The translations under genes and the position numbers were made by a program. The notes under the pieces are model-generated. The model saw nothing but the letters and a program-made list of their open reading frames with translations, searched no databases and had not been told where the DNA came from. 64,000 nucleotides of DNA from Collinsella sp. Lineage in GTDB: Bacteria > Actinomycetota > Coriobacteriia > Coriobacteriales > Coriobacteriaceae. The stretch's first letter is position 1. The number at the start of each line of letters is the position of its first letter. The stretch is from assembly GCA_019419665.1 (NCBI GenBank), contig DXZM01000049.1, positions 5,352 to 69,351 on the forward strand. The letters are read 5' to 3'. This document shows positions 35,215 through 44,250 of the stretch, in pieces.

Positions 35215-37074
35215 ATGAATCCGTACACTTCCTCCGGTTCGGTCGCCACGATGACGGCCAACGTGTCCGGCAACGATAGCCTCAACGACCTGGGAGACGG
35301 TCCGCGCCAGCCCGGCGATCCCGAGCGCTATCCCGTGGGTGCGGTGACCCGCCGCCTGCTGGGCTATGTCCGTCCGCACCGCGTCTCGTTTGCGGCATCG
35401 TTTTTGAGTGCCGCCGTCTCGGTGATTCTGCAGCTCTACACGCCCATTCTCATTGGCGAGGGCATCGACCTTATCGTCGCCGCCGGGCAGGTGGACTTCG
35501 ATGCGCTGCTGCCGCTCGTTACCAAGCTCGCGATTGTCGTCGTAGGTGCTGCGGCCTTCCAGTGGCTGCAGGGCTATTGCGTCAACCGCCTGTCTTACGA
35601 AACGGTGCGCGACATGCGCGTGGAGGCGAGCGATAAGCTCAGCCGCATGCCGCTCAGCTTTATCGACAGCCATGCCCACGGCGACCTTATGAGCCGCGTG
35701 GTCAACGACGTCGACCAGGTGGGCGACGGTCTGCTGCAGGGCTTTACCCAGCTCTTCACCGGCGTTATCACCATCGTTGGCACGCTCGCGTTTATGCTCT
35801 CCATCAACCTGACCATGACGCTCGTAGTGGTGCTCGTCACGCCGCTCTCCATCTTTGCGGCCAGCGCCATCGCCAAACTCTCCAACAAGAGCTTTACGGC
35901 GCAGCAGCGTATTCAGGGTCAGCTTGGCGGCCATATCGAGGAGTACGTGGGCGAGCAGAAGCTTGTCGACGCCTTTGCCTATGGCTCGAACGCTCAGCAA
36001 CGCTTCGATGCCCTCAATGCCGAGCTCTACACCGCGGGCGAGCGCGCGCAGTTTATGGGTTCGCTCTCCAACCCCGGCACGCGCTTTATCAACAACATCA
36101 TCTATGCCGTGGTCGCCGTGATCGGCTGCGTGGGCGTGATCACGGGCGTGCCTGCGGCGCTTACGGTGGGCGGCGTTCAAATCTTTCTGTCTTATGCCAA
36201 CCAATACACCAAGCCGTTCAACGAGGTCACCAACGTCATTACGCAGATCCAGACCGCGTACGCCTCGGCGCGCCGCATGTTTGCGCTGCTCGATGCGCGC
36301 GAGCAGGAGCCCGACGCGGAGGATGCCGTGGAACTTGCCGTCCCGCAGGGCGAGGTGACCTTTGAGCATGTGGACTTTAGCTACGTGCCCGACCGCAAAC
36401 TGCTGCAGGATATCTGCATCGAGGCTAAGCCCGGCATGCGCTTTGCCCTGGTCGGCCCCACGGGCTGCGGCAAGACGACGCTCATCAATTTGCTACTGCG
36501 TTTTTACGATATCGATGCCGGTCGCATTGCGGTCGATGGCCGTTCCTCGCGTGACTACACGCGCGCAAGCCTGCGCCGCGCCTTTGGCATGGTGCTGCAG
36601 GATACGTGGCTGTTCGAGGGCACGGTGGCGGAAAATATCGCCTATGGTTGTCCCGATGCCACGCGCGAACAGGTTGTCGAGGCGGCCAAGCGCGCGCACG
36701 CGCACAAGTTTATCGTGCAGCTGCCAGGCGGCTACGATACGGTGATCGGCGAGGACGGCGGCACGTTTAGCCAGGGTCAAAAGCAGCTGCTGTGCATCGC
36801 GCGCGTCATGCTCACCGACCCGGCGATTCTGCTGCTGGACGAGGCGACGTCGAGCATCGATACCCGCACCGAGCTGCAGGTGCAGGCGGCATTCGACGAG
36901 CTCATGGCCGGCCGTACGAGCTTTGTGGTGGCGCATCGCCTGAGCACGATTCGCAACGCCGACTGCATCCTGGTGATGCGCGACGGCCAGATTATCGAGC
37001 GCGGTACACACGACAAGCTGCTAGCGACAGGCGGCTTCTACGCCGAACTCTACCGCAGCCAGTTTGCCCAGTAG
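35215..37074 (+). CDS. ABC exporter, fused permease/ATPase (heterodimer subunit 2)
   Basis: ATG abuts the upstream stop (TAAATG). NBD motifs GPTGCGKTT, FSQGQKQL and ILLLDEATS. Confidence 0.9.
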   Translation: MNPYTSSGSVATMTANVSGNDSLNDLGDGPRQPGDPERYPVGAVTRRLLGYVRPHRVSFAASFLSAAVSVILQLYTPILIGEGIDLIVAAGQVDFDALLPLVTKLAIVVVGAAAFQWLQGYCVNRLSYETVRDMRVEASDKLSRMPLSFIDSHAHGDLMSRVVNDVDQVGDGLLQGFTQLFTGVITIVGTLAFMLSINLTMTLVVVLVTPLSIFAASAIAKLSNKSFTAQQRIQGQLGGHIEEYVGEQKLVDAFAYGSNAQQRFDALNAELYTAGERAQFMGSLSNPGTRFINNIIYAVVAVIGCVGVITGVPAALTVGGVQIFLSYANQYTKPFNEVTNVITQIQTAYASARRMFALLDAREQEPDAEDAVELAVPQGEVTFEHVDFSYVPDRKLLQDICIEAKPGMRFALVGPTGCGKTTLINLLLRFYDIDAGRIAVDGRSSRDYTRASLRRAFGMVLQDTWLFEGTVAENIAYGCPDATREQVVEAAKRAHAHKFIVQLPGGYDTVIGEDGGTFSQGQKQLLCIARVMLTDPAILLLDEATSSIDTRTELQVQAAFDELMAGRTSFVVAHRLSTIRNADCILVMRDGQIIERGTHDKLLATGGFYAELYRSQFAQ

Positions 37075-37179
37075 GGGCCACCGATTGGCGGCAGATGGTT
37101 TACATCTGCGTCGTTAGTACTAAGATATTCATCTAATAAATTGCATTAGTGGCTTTAGTTTTGGGGGAAACGAGGCAAC

Positions 37180-37737
37180 GTGACTATGACGTGCTCTTTG
37201 GTGGTTAACAGCAAGAGCGGTAATACTAGGATGGTTTCGGGCGCGATCAAGCGCGTTCTGCAGGCTGCGGGTGTTGAGTTTGTCCATGCCGCGGCGTTGA
37301 GCGACGATGCGGATGCAGATCAGGTTGCGCTCGAGGCGCAGGGCGCCTGCACGGCCGACACGGTGCTCGTCGGTTTTTGGTGCGACAAGGGCGCGTGCAC
37401 GCCTTCGGTCGCGGCGTTGCTCTCCGCCTTGCACGGCAAGCGCGTCTTCCTGTTTGGCACCTGCGGTTTTGGCGCCGACCAGAGCTATTACCAGCAGATT
37501 ATTGATCGCGTGACTTCCAATTTGGCTGGGGATGCCGAGCTTGCGGGCTGGGCGATGTGCCAGGGCAAGATGGGCCCCGCGGTCAAGCAGCGCTACGAGG
37601 CCATGCTCGAGCAAGATCCCGACAACGCTCGCTATAAGATGCTGCTCGACAACTGGGTTGCCGCGAAGGACCATCCCACCAAGGAAGACCTAGACAACAT
37701 GGCCGCAGCCGCCAAGAAGGCCGTTTTGGGCGAGTAG
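37180..37737 (+). CDS. Flavodoxin-like fold family protein
   Basis: The N-terminus LVVNSKSGNTRMV resembles a flavodoxin FMN-phosphate loop. About 185 aa. A strong terminator follows. The start could be 37180 (GTG) or 37186 (ATG). Confidence 0.6.
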   Translation: MTMTCSLVVNSKSGNTRMVSGAIKRVLQAAGVEFVHAAALSDDADADQVALEAQGACTADTVLVGFWCDKGACTPSVAALLSALHGKRVFLFGTCGFGADQSYYQQIIDRVTSNLAGDAELAGWAMCQGKMGPAVKQRYEAMLEQDPDNARYKMLLDNWVAAKDHPTKEDLDNMAAAAKKAVLGE

Positions 37738-37778
37738 ACCGTCGCTCACGGTGCCGCGCGTTCAATCGTACAAACGTG

Positions 37779-37807
37779 AAAGCCTCGAGATTCTCGAGGC
37801 TTTTTTC
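37779..37807 (+). terminator. Intrinsic terminator after the flavodoxin-like gene
   Basis: AGCCTCGAG-ATT-CTCGAGGCT followed by TTTTTTC. Confidence 0.85.
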
Positions 37808-37948
37808 TTGACACTTGTGGACGCAACCGTGGCAAGCGTTTGGGGTGACATTTTCCATCACCTCGATGACGAGGCCGTTCTGGACAACACGCTCGCATAC
37901 GTTCGCTGGATGTATTCAGAGTGGGAAGGGCTTTCCTGATGGATGGGG

Positions 37949-38063
37949 TTTCGGAAAGTGCGTCCCAGAATTTGCCTTTGGAATGGGATGGAGTTTCCCA
38001 ACGGGGCCGTAAGCGGAAACTGCATCCCGCTCCGGACGTGAATTCTGGGACACGGTTTCCGGA
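37949..38063. repeat. Rod-like about 115-nt hairpin with symmetric internal bubble (candidate ncRNA or MITE)
   Basis: Outer arms 37949-37972 and 38041-38063 (about 24 nt, imperfect; core GTCCCAGAATT/AATTCTGGGAC). A 12+12 nt unpaired bubble. Inner 14-bp stem GGGATGGAGTTTCC/GGAAACTGCATCCC. 16-nt apical loop. Confidence 0.65.
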
Positions 38064-38065
38064 TG

Positions 38066-38089
38066 CAAAAAGGCCACATGACGTGGCCT
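38066..38089 (-). terminator. Intrinsic terminator for minus-strand transcription from the LTA-synthase-like gene
   Basis: AGGCCAC-ATGAC-GTGGCCT, with a T5 tract on the minus strand (AAAAA at 38066-38070 on plus). Confidence 0.75.
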
Positions 38090-38146
38090 TCAACTTATAT
38101 ATGTTCAGCAGATGTCCCCATGACAAGCCGCGTTTCAACACCGAGG

Positions 38147-38277
38147 CGTCTGCCCGGCGACGCGGAATGTAAGGTTCATCGCGAGTTCCGCACGAGCCGG
38201 AGAGCACTTAATGTGCTCTCCGTGCGAGCAGGACTGTCCGAGCAGGGAACCTTACGTTCCGCGCCGCCGGGCAGACG
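38147..38277. repeat. About 130-nt long hairpin in the 3' region of the LTA-synthase-like gene
   Basis: 31-nt arms CGTCTGCCCGGCGACGCGGAATGTAAGGTTC / GAACCTTACGTTCCGCGCCGCCGGGCAGACG with 2 mismatches. Apical stem GGAGAGCAC-TTAAT-GTGCTCTCC. Confidence 0.7.
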
Positions 38278-38296
38278 AACCAGTTAAGACGCGCCG

Positions 38297-40612
38297 CTAC
38301 TTGATCTTGGTCGTACCCGGCGCCAGGTTGGGGTCGGTCTCGTTGGCCTCGGTCTGGAAGTGCTCGGTGTACACATTCTTGCCGTCGCGGAACATCTCGT
38401 AGTACTGCATCTTGGCGTAATCCTCGCGCGCCTTGGTGGCGGCTGCTGCGGCGGCGTCGTCGCCGGTGACGTTGGAGGAGAGCGCCCAGCGCAGGCTGGC
38501 GTCCTCGTAGCCCACCGAGTTGATGGCGGGCAGCGACTCACGCAGCGTCATGTGCGCCTTCTGGTAGTCGGAGAGGGGTGCGCCGATCAGCTGCATAAGC
38601 TGCGTGGACAGGTAGTTGGTGGACAGGTCGTCGACCTCGCTCGTCTGGTCGCAGCCGGCAACGTCGTAGTTGGCCCAGATGATGTAGTCGGTCTGCCACA
38701 GACGCTCCTGATGCGTGGCGTCGTCCTCACCGGTAAACCACTTGTCGTTGAACTTGGACGGGAAGAACGGCTGGTGATCGCCCCAGAACACCACGACCAC
38801 CTTGCGGTCGAGCTTGCTCAAGGCGTTAAGGAAGTAGCGCAGCGCCTGGTCGGACTGCTCGATGCACGAGACGTACTCGTCGACATCGGAGAGCGTGCCG
38901 TCCTCGACGGTCTTGGCGTCCAGATCGGTCGTGTCGATGTTCAGGTGCATCTGCTTGTCGACCGGCAGCAGGCCCGTGTCGTAGCCCGAGTGGTTCTGCA
39001 TGGTCACGTCGAAGATAAACTGCGGATCGGCGTTCTGGTCGAGCAGCTCAAGAATCTTGTCATAGGTCGCCTGGTCGGTCACCATACCGCGCAGAGTGTC
39101 GGCTCCCTGGAAGTCGTTGATGGACAGGAACCGGTCAAAGCCAAAGTCCTTGTACACGTTCTCGCGGTTCCAGTTGGTGGCGTGGTTGGGGTGCATGGCC
39201 GTGGTGGAATATCCGAGCGACTTGAACTGCTCTGCCAGGTTCCCGGTCGTTTCCATGTTGTAGATGGTGTAGGGGTACACGCCCGAGCCCAGGTTGGCCA
39301 TGGAGTTGCCGGTCATAAACTCAAACTCGGTATTGGCGGTACCGCCGCCGTAGGCGCTCACGTAGAGCTTGCCGCGGCTGAGGCAGTTGGACAGGTTCTT
39401 AAAGTACTGCGGGCCCTCGTAGCCGGCGCGCATGTTCTGGTAGATCGACAGATCCGAGAAGGTCTCGTTCATGATGGCGATGACCGTGGGCTTCTCGCTG
39501 TCGAACTGCTCCTTTGCGGCGGCGCGCTCATCGCTCTTAGCCGCGTCGGATTTGTCATAGGCCTTGGCGTACTTTTTGAGCGTGGCCTTGGCATCGTCGA
39601 CGGAGTAGTCGGCGGGTTTGGGCGGCTTGATGGACTGCGCTGCGCTAATGAAAGCGGGCAGGTAGCCCTCGCGCCAGTAGCTCTCGAGCGGGCGCCAGGT
39701 GTAGACGGTGATGCCGAGGGTGTTGTAGTAGTCGATGAGCGTGACGTGTGCGGTCACACCGCCCAGGCACAGCACGGCGACGAGCAGGTTGGTGAGCAGC
39801 ATGCGCTTGGCGTTGGCGGCGCCCTTCTGACGGTGCGGTGCCACCAGGCCGGCGTACTCGCACAGCAGCATGGCGATGGCGGTAAAGCCCATGGACAGCA
39901 CGCAGAACAGCGAGATCGAGAAGGTGTAGCCGGTGCCGGCGACCGCGGCGGCGGTGGAGATGGCCGAAAGGTCGCCCGGCTGGATGGGCATGGATTTAAA
40001 CGTGATGACGAAGAACTCGGCAATGCCCAGGACAAAGAGGGCAAAGGCCAAGACCGCGGGGGCTGCGCCGTGGCGCTGGAACAGGAAGAACAGGCCGGTC
40101 ATGAGCGTGGTGATGATGGCCCACTCGAGCAGGATGCACAGGGGGTAGACCCAGGTAAAGTCGTGGTTGGACGAGACCTCCATGCCCAGCAGCGCAAAGA
40201 CGCCGGCGAGCAGCAGGCACAGGACGGCGGCGACGAGCGGTTTACCCACAAAGGCTCCGCGCAGGCGGGCGAGCTTGCCGGTGGGGGCGGGGGCGTCGGG
40301 CCCGGCGAACGCAAAGACGCGCGGGGCGATGCGGTCGCGGGCGATGCTGGCCCAAGCGCAGCCGGTGAGGATGGCGTTGGTCAGGATGAGCATCACAAAG
40401 GCGAGCGGCTCGTTTTGGGCGACGAGGCCAATGGCGCCCCAAATGGTCAAAAAGAGCTGGAACAGGCCGAAGGCGACGCTCCACCCAAGAGCGCTTTTGG
40501 CAACGGTGCCCGACTGAGCGCGAATGGCCTTGGCCTCGCGCAAGACAAGGTAGACGGTCGCCGCAAGACCGACGAGCGAGATGGCGGCAGCGAACATGCT
40601 GAGACTCCTCAC
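38297..40612 (-). CDS. LTA synthase/sulfatase-family membrane protein (phosphoglycerol transferase-like)
   Basis: The N-terminal multi-TM region is longer than usual. The extracellular sulfatase domain follows (TVIAIMNETFSD, GGGTANTEFEFMTG, HPNHATNWNR). Confidence 0.8.
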   Translation of the reverse strand: MRSLSMFAAAISLVGLAATVYLVLREAKAIRAQSGTVAKSALGWSVAFGLFQLFLTIWGAIGLVAQNEPLAFVMLILTNAILTGCAWASIARDRIAPRVFAFAGPDAPAPTGKLARLRGAFVGKPLVAAVLCLLLAGVFALLGMEVSSNHDFTWVYPLCILLEWAIITTLMTGLFFLFQRHGAAPAVLAFALFVLGIAEFFVITFKSMPIQPGDLSAISTAAAVAGTGYTFSISLFCVLSMGFTAIAMLLCEYAGLVAPHRQKGAANAKRMLLTNLLVAVLCLGGVTAHVTLIDYYNTLGITVYTWRPLESYWREGYLPAFISAAQSIKPPKPADYSVDDAKATLKKYAKAYDKSDAAKSDERAAAKEQFDSEKPTVIAIMNETFSDLSIYQNMRAGYEGPQYFKNLSNCLSRGKLYVSAYGGGTANTEFEFMTGNSMANLGSGVYPYTIYNMETTGNLAEQFKSLGYSTTAMHPNHATNWNRENVYKDFGFDRFLSINDFQGADTLRGMVTDQATYDKILELLDQNADPQFIFDVTMQNHSGYDTGLLPVDKQMHLNIDTTDLDAKTVEDGTLSDVDEYVSCIEQSDQALRYFLNALSKLDRKVVVVFWGDHQPFFPSKFNDKWFTGEDDATHQERLWQTDYIIWANYDVAGCDQTSEVDDLSTNYLSTQLMQLIGAPLSDYQKAHMTLRESLPAINSVGYEDASLRWALSSNVTGDDAAAAAATKAREDYAKMQYYEMFRDGKNVYTEHFQTEANETDPNLAPGTTKIK

Positions 40613-40810
40613 AAACTAAAACGTACGAAAGCGGGGGTTTACCCGATTGTTACCAAGATATGCGCTGCAATTGGTGTCTGCGCACAACAACCAGCCATAT
40701 TAACGCGCACGTGTGGCGGTGTGGCGCAATGTAGTGGCGACCTGCGCGATAATGGACGGGAATTACACGGAAACGTAAAGGCTTCTTAAAGAATTAGCGA
40801 GGATAGAGCT

Positions 40811-41686
40811 ATGGGCGAGCAGGTTTGTATGACGGGTGCCGAGTACTGCGGCGGAGCTGCGGGCGTGGATGCGAACGGTTATCCGGTCGAGACTACGGGT
40901 AATGCGGTGCTGGACACGTTGGAGCACCGTTCCTCCACGCGTGCCTTCGCGCGTGATGACGACGACCGCCCCGTGGCGGTGACCGACGAGCAGCGGGCGG
41001 CGATTTTGCATGCGGCGAGTCGCGCGCCGTCGGCGGGCGCCATGATGATGTATTCCATCGTGAGCATCCGCGAGCAGGCAACGCTCGACCGCCTGGCCGA
41101 CCTGTGCGACCACCAACCCATGATTGCCAAGGCGCCCTGGGCACTAATATTTGTGGTCGATTATGCCAAGTGGATCGATCTGTTTGAGCACGTGGGCTGC
41201 TTTGAGCCCGAGTTTGTCGAGCGCACGGGCAAGGCACCCCGCCGCGCGCCGGGTTTGGGCGACTTTGCCATCGCGGCGCAGGATGCCGTGATCGCCGCGC
41301 AAAACGCCGTGGTTGCCGCCGAGGCCCTGGGGCTGGGGAGCTGCTACATCGGCGATATCGTCGAGAATGCCGAGGAAGTCGCCGAGCTGCTCGATCTGCC
41401 GCCCTATACCATGCCGCTATCGATGCTCATCATCGGCACGCCCCGTAAGGAGCGCCCGGCAATCGCGCATCCCGTGGTGAACCTGGTGCACGAGGAGCGC
41501 TACTGCCGCGCGGATGCCGCGACCATGGACGCGCAGGTGGCCGAGATGGACGCAATGTTCCGTCCGCATGCCCGCGAGGTGGGGGAGCGCGTCGTGGACA
41601 TCTATACCCGCAAGCACACGAGTCCCTTTATGGCCGAGATGAGCCGATCCATGGAATGGTGGTTCAAAAACTGGCTTGGAAAATGA
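40811..41686 (+). CDS. Nitroreductase-family protein (NfsA-like, N-terminal extension)
   Basis: Contains LEHRSSTRAF, SRAPSAGAMMMYSIV and CYIGDIVEN motifs. The exact start is uncertain. Confidence 0.75.
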   Translation: MGEQVCMTGAEYCGGAAGVDANGYPVETTGNAVLDTLEHRSSTRAFARDDDDRPVAVTDEQRAAILHAASRAPSAGAMMMYSIVSIREQATLDRLADLCDHQPMIAKAPWALIFVVDYAKWIDLFEHVGCFEPEFVERTGKAPRRAPGLGDFAIAAQDAVIAAQNAVVAAEALGLGSCYIGDIVENAEEVAELLDLPPYTMPLSMLIIGTPRKERPAIAHPVVNLVHEERYCRADAATMDAQVAEMDAMFRPHAREVGERVVDIYTRKHTSPFMAEMSRSMEWWFKNWLGK

Positions 41687-41688
41687 CG

Positions 41689-41721
41689 AATGTGACAAAG
41701 GGGCAGTCCCTTTGTTACATT
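41689..41721. repeat. Hairpin repeat family 1, copy 3
   Basis: AATGTGACAAAGGGGCAGTCCCTTTGTTACATT, directly after the nitroreductase stop codon. Confidence 0.8.
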
Positions 41722-41845
41722 TCATATCGCCGCGGTGGCCTAAAGGCCGTATAAATGTTTATTTAGCTGGGAAAACAGTGCCATTCAAACATGGGCCGAT
41801 TACCTATAATTCCTTCGAACATTAAAGTTGGGAGGAAACCGGCTT

Positions 41846-43873
41846 ATGGAACAAAAGGCCAAGGAGGCAGCCTCGCACGCTGCGATTCCTGTGAGCATCT
41901 CGGCGATGCTCGTCACGCTGGGCGTGGTGTACGGCGATATCGGCACCAGCCCTATGTATGTAACCAAGGCGCTCGTTGCCGGCAACGGCGGCATCGGAAG
42001 CGTGACGGAGGAGTTCGTGCTTGGCGCGCTCTCCCTTGTCGTGTGGACGGTCACGCTGCTGACCACCATCAAGTATGTGCTCATCTCGCTGCGCGCCGAT
42101 AACCATGGTGAGGGCGGCATCTTTGCCCTGTACAGCCTGGTCAAGCGCTGTGGCAAGTGGCTTATCATCCCCGCCATGCTGGGTGGCGCCGCGCTGCTCG
42201 CCGACGGCATCCTGACGCCGGCCGTTACCGTTACCACGGCCATCGAGGGCCTGCGCACCATCCCGGCGGTCCATGCCGTGCTGGGCGATGACCAAGGCCG
42301 CGTCGTCGCCATTACGCTCGCCATCATCATCGCGCTCTTCTTGGTACAGCGCATCGGTACGGCCAAGATCGGTCACGCCTTTGGCCCCATCATGACGCTG
42401 TGGTTCCTGTGCCTGGGCGGCACGGGTCTGTTCTTTGTCTTCCAGCACCCCGCCGTGCTGCAGTGCCTCAACCCGGTGCGCGGCATCGCCTTTTTGCTGA
42501 GCCCCAACAACCACGCGGGCATCATGATTCTGGGCAGCTGCTTCCTCGCCACCACCGGTGCCGAGGCGCTCTACTCCGACATGGGCCACGTCGGTCGCGG
42601 CAACATCTACGCTACCTGGCCGTTCGTTAAGTGCTGCCTGCTGCTTTCCTATATGGGCCAGGGCGCTTGGCTTATGAACAACGCTGCCAACCCCGAGCTC
42701 ATGGGCATTGCCGACCTCAACCCGTTCTACCAGATGCTCGCCCCGGGCCTGCGTCCGTTTGCCGTCGGCCTTTCCACCGTTGCGGCCATCATTGCCTCGC
42801 AGGCGCTCATCACCGGCGCATTCTCGCTGGTGTCCGAGGCCAGCCGTCTGGACCTCATGCCGCACATGCAGGTCTTCTACCCTGCCGAGACCAAGGGCCA
42901 GCTCTACATCCCCATGGTCAACAACGTCATGCTTGTCGGCTGCGTCATCGTGGTGCTGCTGTTCCAGAACTCGGCGCATATGGAAGCCGCCTACGGCCTT
43001 GCCATTACGCTGACTATGATGTGCACCACGCTGCTGCTCTTCTTCTACCTGCACGAGGAGCGCAAGCTCAAGGTTGCTCCGTGGATCTTCGCGGCCTTCT
43101 TCCTTTTGCTCGAAGGCTTCTTCTTCGTGAGCTCGCTCACCAAGTTCTTCCACGGCGGCTACTTCACCATCCTCATGGCTGCACTCATCATGGGCATTAT
43201 GGTGTGCTGGTACAACGGTACGGCTGTTGAGCAGCGCCAGTTTACGCTGCTGCCGCTGCGCAGCTACCTGCCGCAGCTCAAGCGCCTGCGCGACGACGAC
43301 CGTTACGAGCGCATGAGCGACAACGTCGTGTACCTGACCAAGGACACCCATACCGACTACATCGATCGCGACATCGTCTACTCGATTCTGGACAAGCATC
43401 CCAAGCGCGCCCGCGCCTGGTGGTTTGTGAATGTCGAGACCATGGACGAGCCGCATACCTTTGCCTATTCGGTCGAGACGTTCGGCACCGACTACGTGTT
43501 CCGCGTGCATCTGTACCTGGGCTACAAGATCAACCAGCGCGTCAATGCCTACCTGCGTCAGGTTGTTCAGGACCTGGCTGCCACTGGCGAGCTGCCGCCG
43601 CAGACGCATGACTACTCGGTCTACAAGGACCCGGGTAACATCGGCACGTTCAAGTTCGTCCTGATCCGTAAGCTTTTGGCGCCCGAAAGCGACGTGGAGC
43701 CGAGCGAGCGTACGGCCATCACGCTCAAGTACATCATCCGCCGTGCCGCCGGCACGCCCGCGCGTTGGTACGGCCTGGAGAACTCCAACGTGAGCTTTGA
43801 GTACGTGCCGCTGTTCACCAAGTTCAAGGCCGTGAACAAGATGCAACGCCTGGCCCCCAATGAGCGGCCGTAG
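41846..43873 (+). CDS. kup: KUP/HAK/KT-family potassium transporter
   Basis: The GVVYGDIGTSPMYV signature sits near the N-terminus, followed by 12 TM segments and a cytoplasmic C-domain. ATG at 41846 follows GGGAGGAAA. Confidence 0.92.
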   Translation: MEQKAKEAASHAAIPVSISAMLVTLGVVYGDIGTSPMYVTKALVAGNGGIGSVTEEFVLGALSLVVWTVTLLTTIKYVLISLRADNHGEGGIFALYSLVKRCGKWLIIPAMLGGAALLADGILTPAVTVTTAIEGLRTIPAVHAVLGDDQGRVVAITLAIIIALFLVQRIGTAKIGHAFGPIMTLWFLCLGGTGLFFVFQHPAVLQCLNPVRGIAFLLSPNNHAGIMILGSCFLATTGAEALYSDMGHVGRGNIYATWPFVKCCLLLSYMGQGAWLMNNAANPELMGIADLNPFYQMLAPGLRPFAVGLSTVAAIIASQALITGAFSLVSEASRLDLMPHMQVFYPAETKGQLYIPMVNNVMLVGCVIVVLLFQNSAHMEAAYGLAITLTMMCTTLLLFFYLHEERKLKVAPWIFAAFFLLLEGFFFVSSLTKFFHGGYFTILMAALIMGIMVCWYNGTAVEQRQFTLLPLRSYLPQLKRLRDDDRYERMSDNVVYLTKDTHTDYIDRDIVYSILDKHPKRARAWWFVNVETMDEPHTFAYSVETFGTDYVFRVHLYLGYKINQRVNAYLRQVVQDLAATGELPPQTHDYSVYKDPGNIGTFKFVLIRKLLAPESDVEPSERTAITLKYIIRRAAGTPARWYGLENSNVSFEYVPLFTKFKAVNKMQRLAPNERP

Positions 43874-43942
43874 TCGACGCTCGAGGTTTGTCTGCGAACG
43901 GGCGGGTTTGTATTGACGGGGATTGAGTCCTGGGAGGAAACC

Positions 43943-44137
43943 ATGGATGCAAAGGTGCTTGACGGTTGCGAGGTGGTTGCCGAGCTGGTACGTGAGGCAC
44001 GCGCCGACGCCGCCGAAGATCGGTTCTTTACGAATCGGGCCAACATGGACATGGCCGACCGCGTGATCTCGATCGTGGCACTGGTATTTGGAGCGGTGTG
44101 CGTGTGCGCACTGCTCGCGCACGTGCTGTTTGTCTAA
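43943..44137 (+). CDS. Hypothetical small membrane protein
   Basis: 64 aa. Strong RBS GGGAGGAAA before the ATG. C-terminal TM VISIVALVFGAVCVCALLAHVLFV. It lies between kup and the kdpD-like gene. Confidence 0.5.
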   Translation: MDAKVLDGCEVVAELVREARADAAEDRFFTNRANMDMADRVISIVALVFGAVCVCALLAHVLFV

Positions 44138-44168
44138 CGTCCGCAGGTTGCAAAGGCTTTACACTTGG

Positions 44169-44221
44169 AACCACCACAAGGGGAAACCACCACAAAGGCG
44201 CCTGTCCCCTTTGTGGTGGTT
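44169..44221. repeat. Hairpin repeat family 2, copy 3 (with partial duplicated left arm)
   Basis: AACCACCACAAGGGG is followed by AACCACCACAAAGGCGCCTGTCCCCTTTGTGGTGGTT and a T-tract. It lies between the small ORF and kdpD. Confidence 0.8.
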
Positions 44222-44250
44222 TTTGTTTTTGAGAGAGGGGCGGAACGCTG

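Noticed and set aside
37751-37939. 62-aa ORF downstream of the flavodoxin-like gene as a small protein gene.
   Set aside because: Its first third spans the upstream terminator hairpin, and there is no RBS before any in-frame start. Codon usage in the distal part is plausible but not decisive. It is mentioned under the orphan-segment finding instead.
41687-41845. Possible K+/c-di-AMP (ydaO-type) riboswitch upstream of kup.
   Set aside because: After subtracting the family 1 hairpin, only about 120 nt remain. I cannot find the conserved pseudo-two-fold ACGGGGA / CCCA-type elements. A covariance-model scan (RF00379) would be needed.
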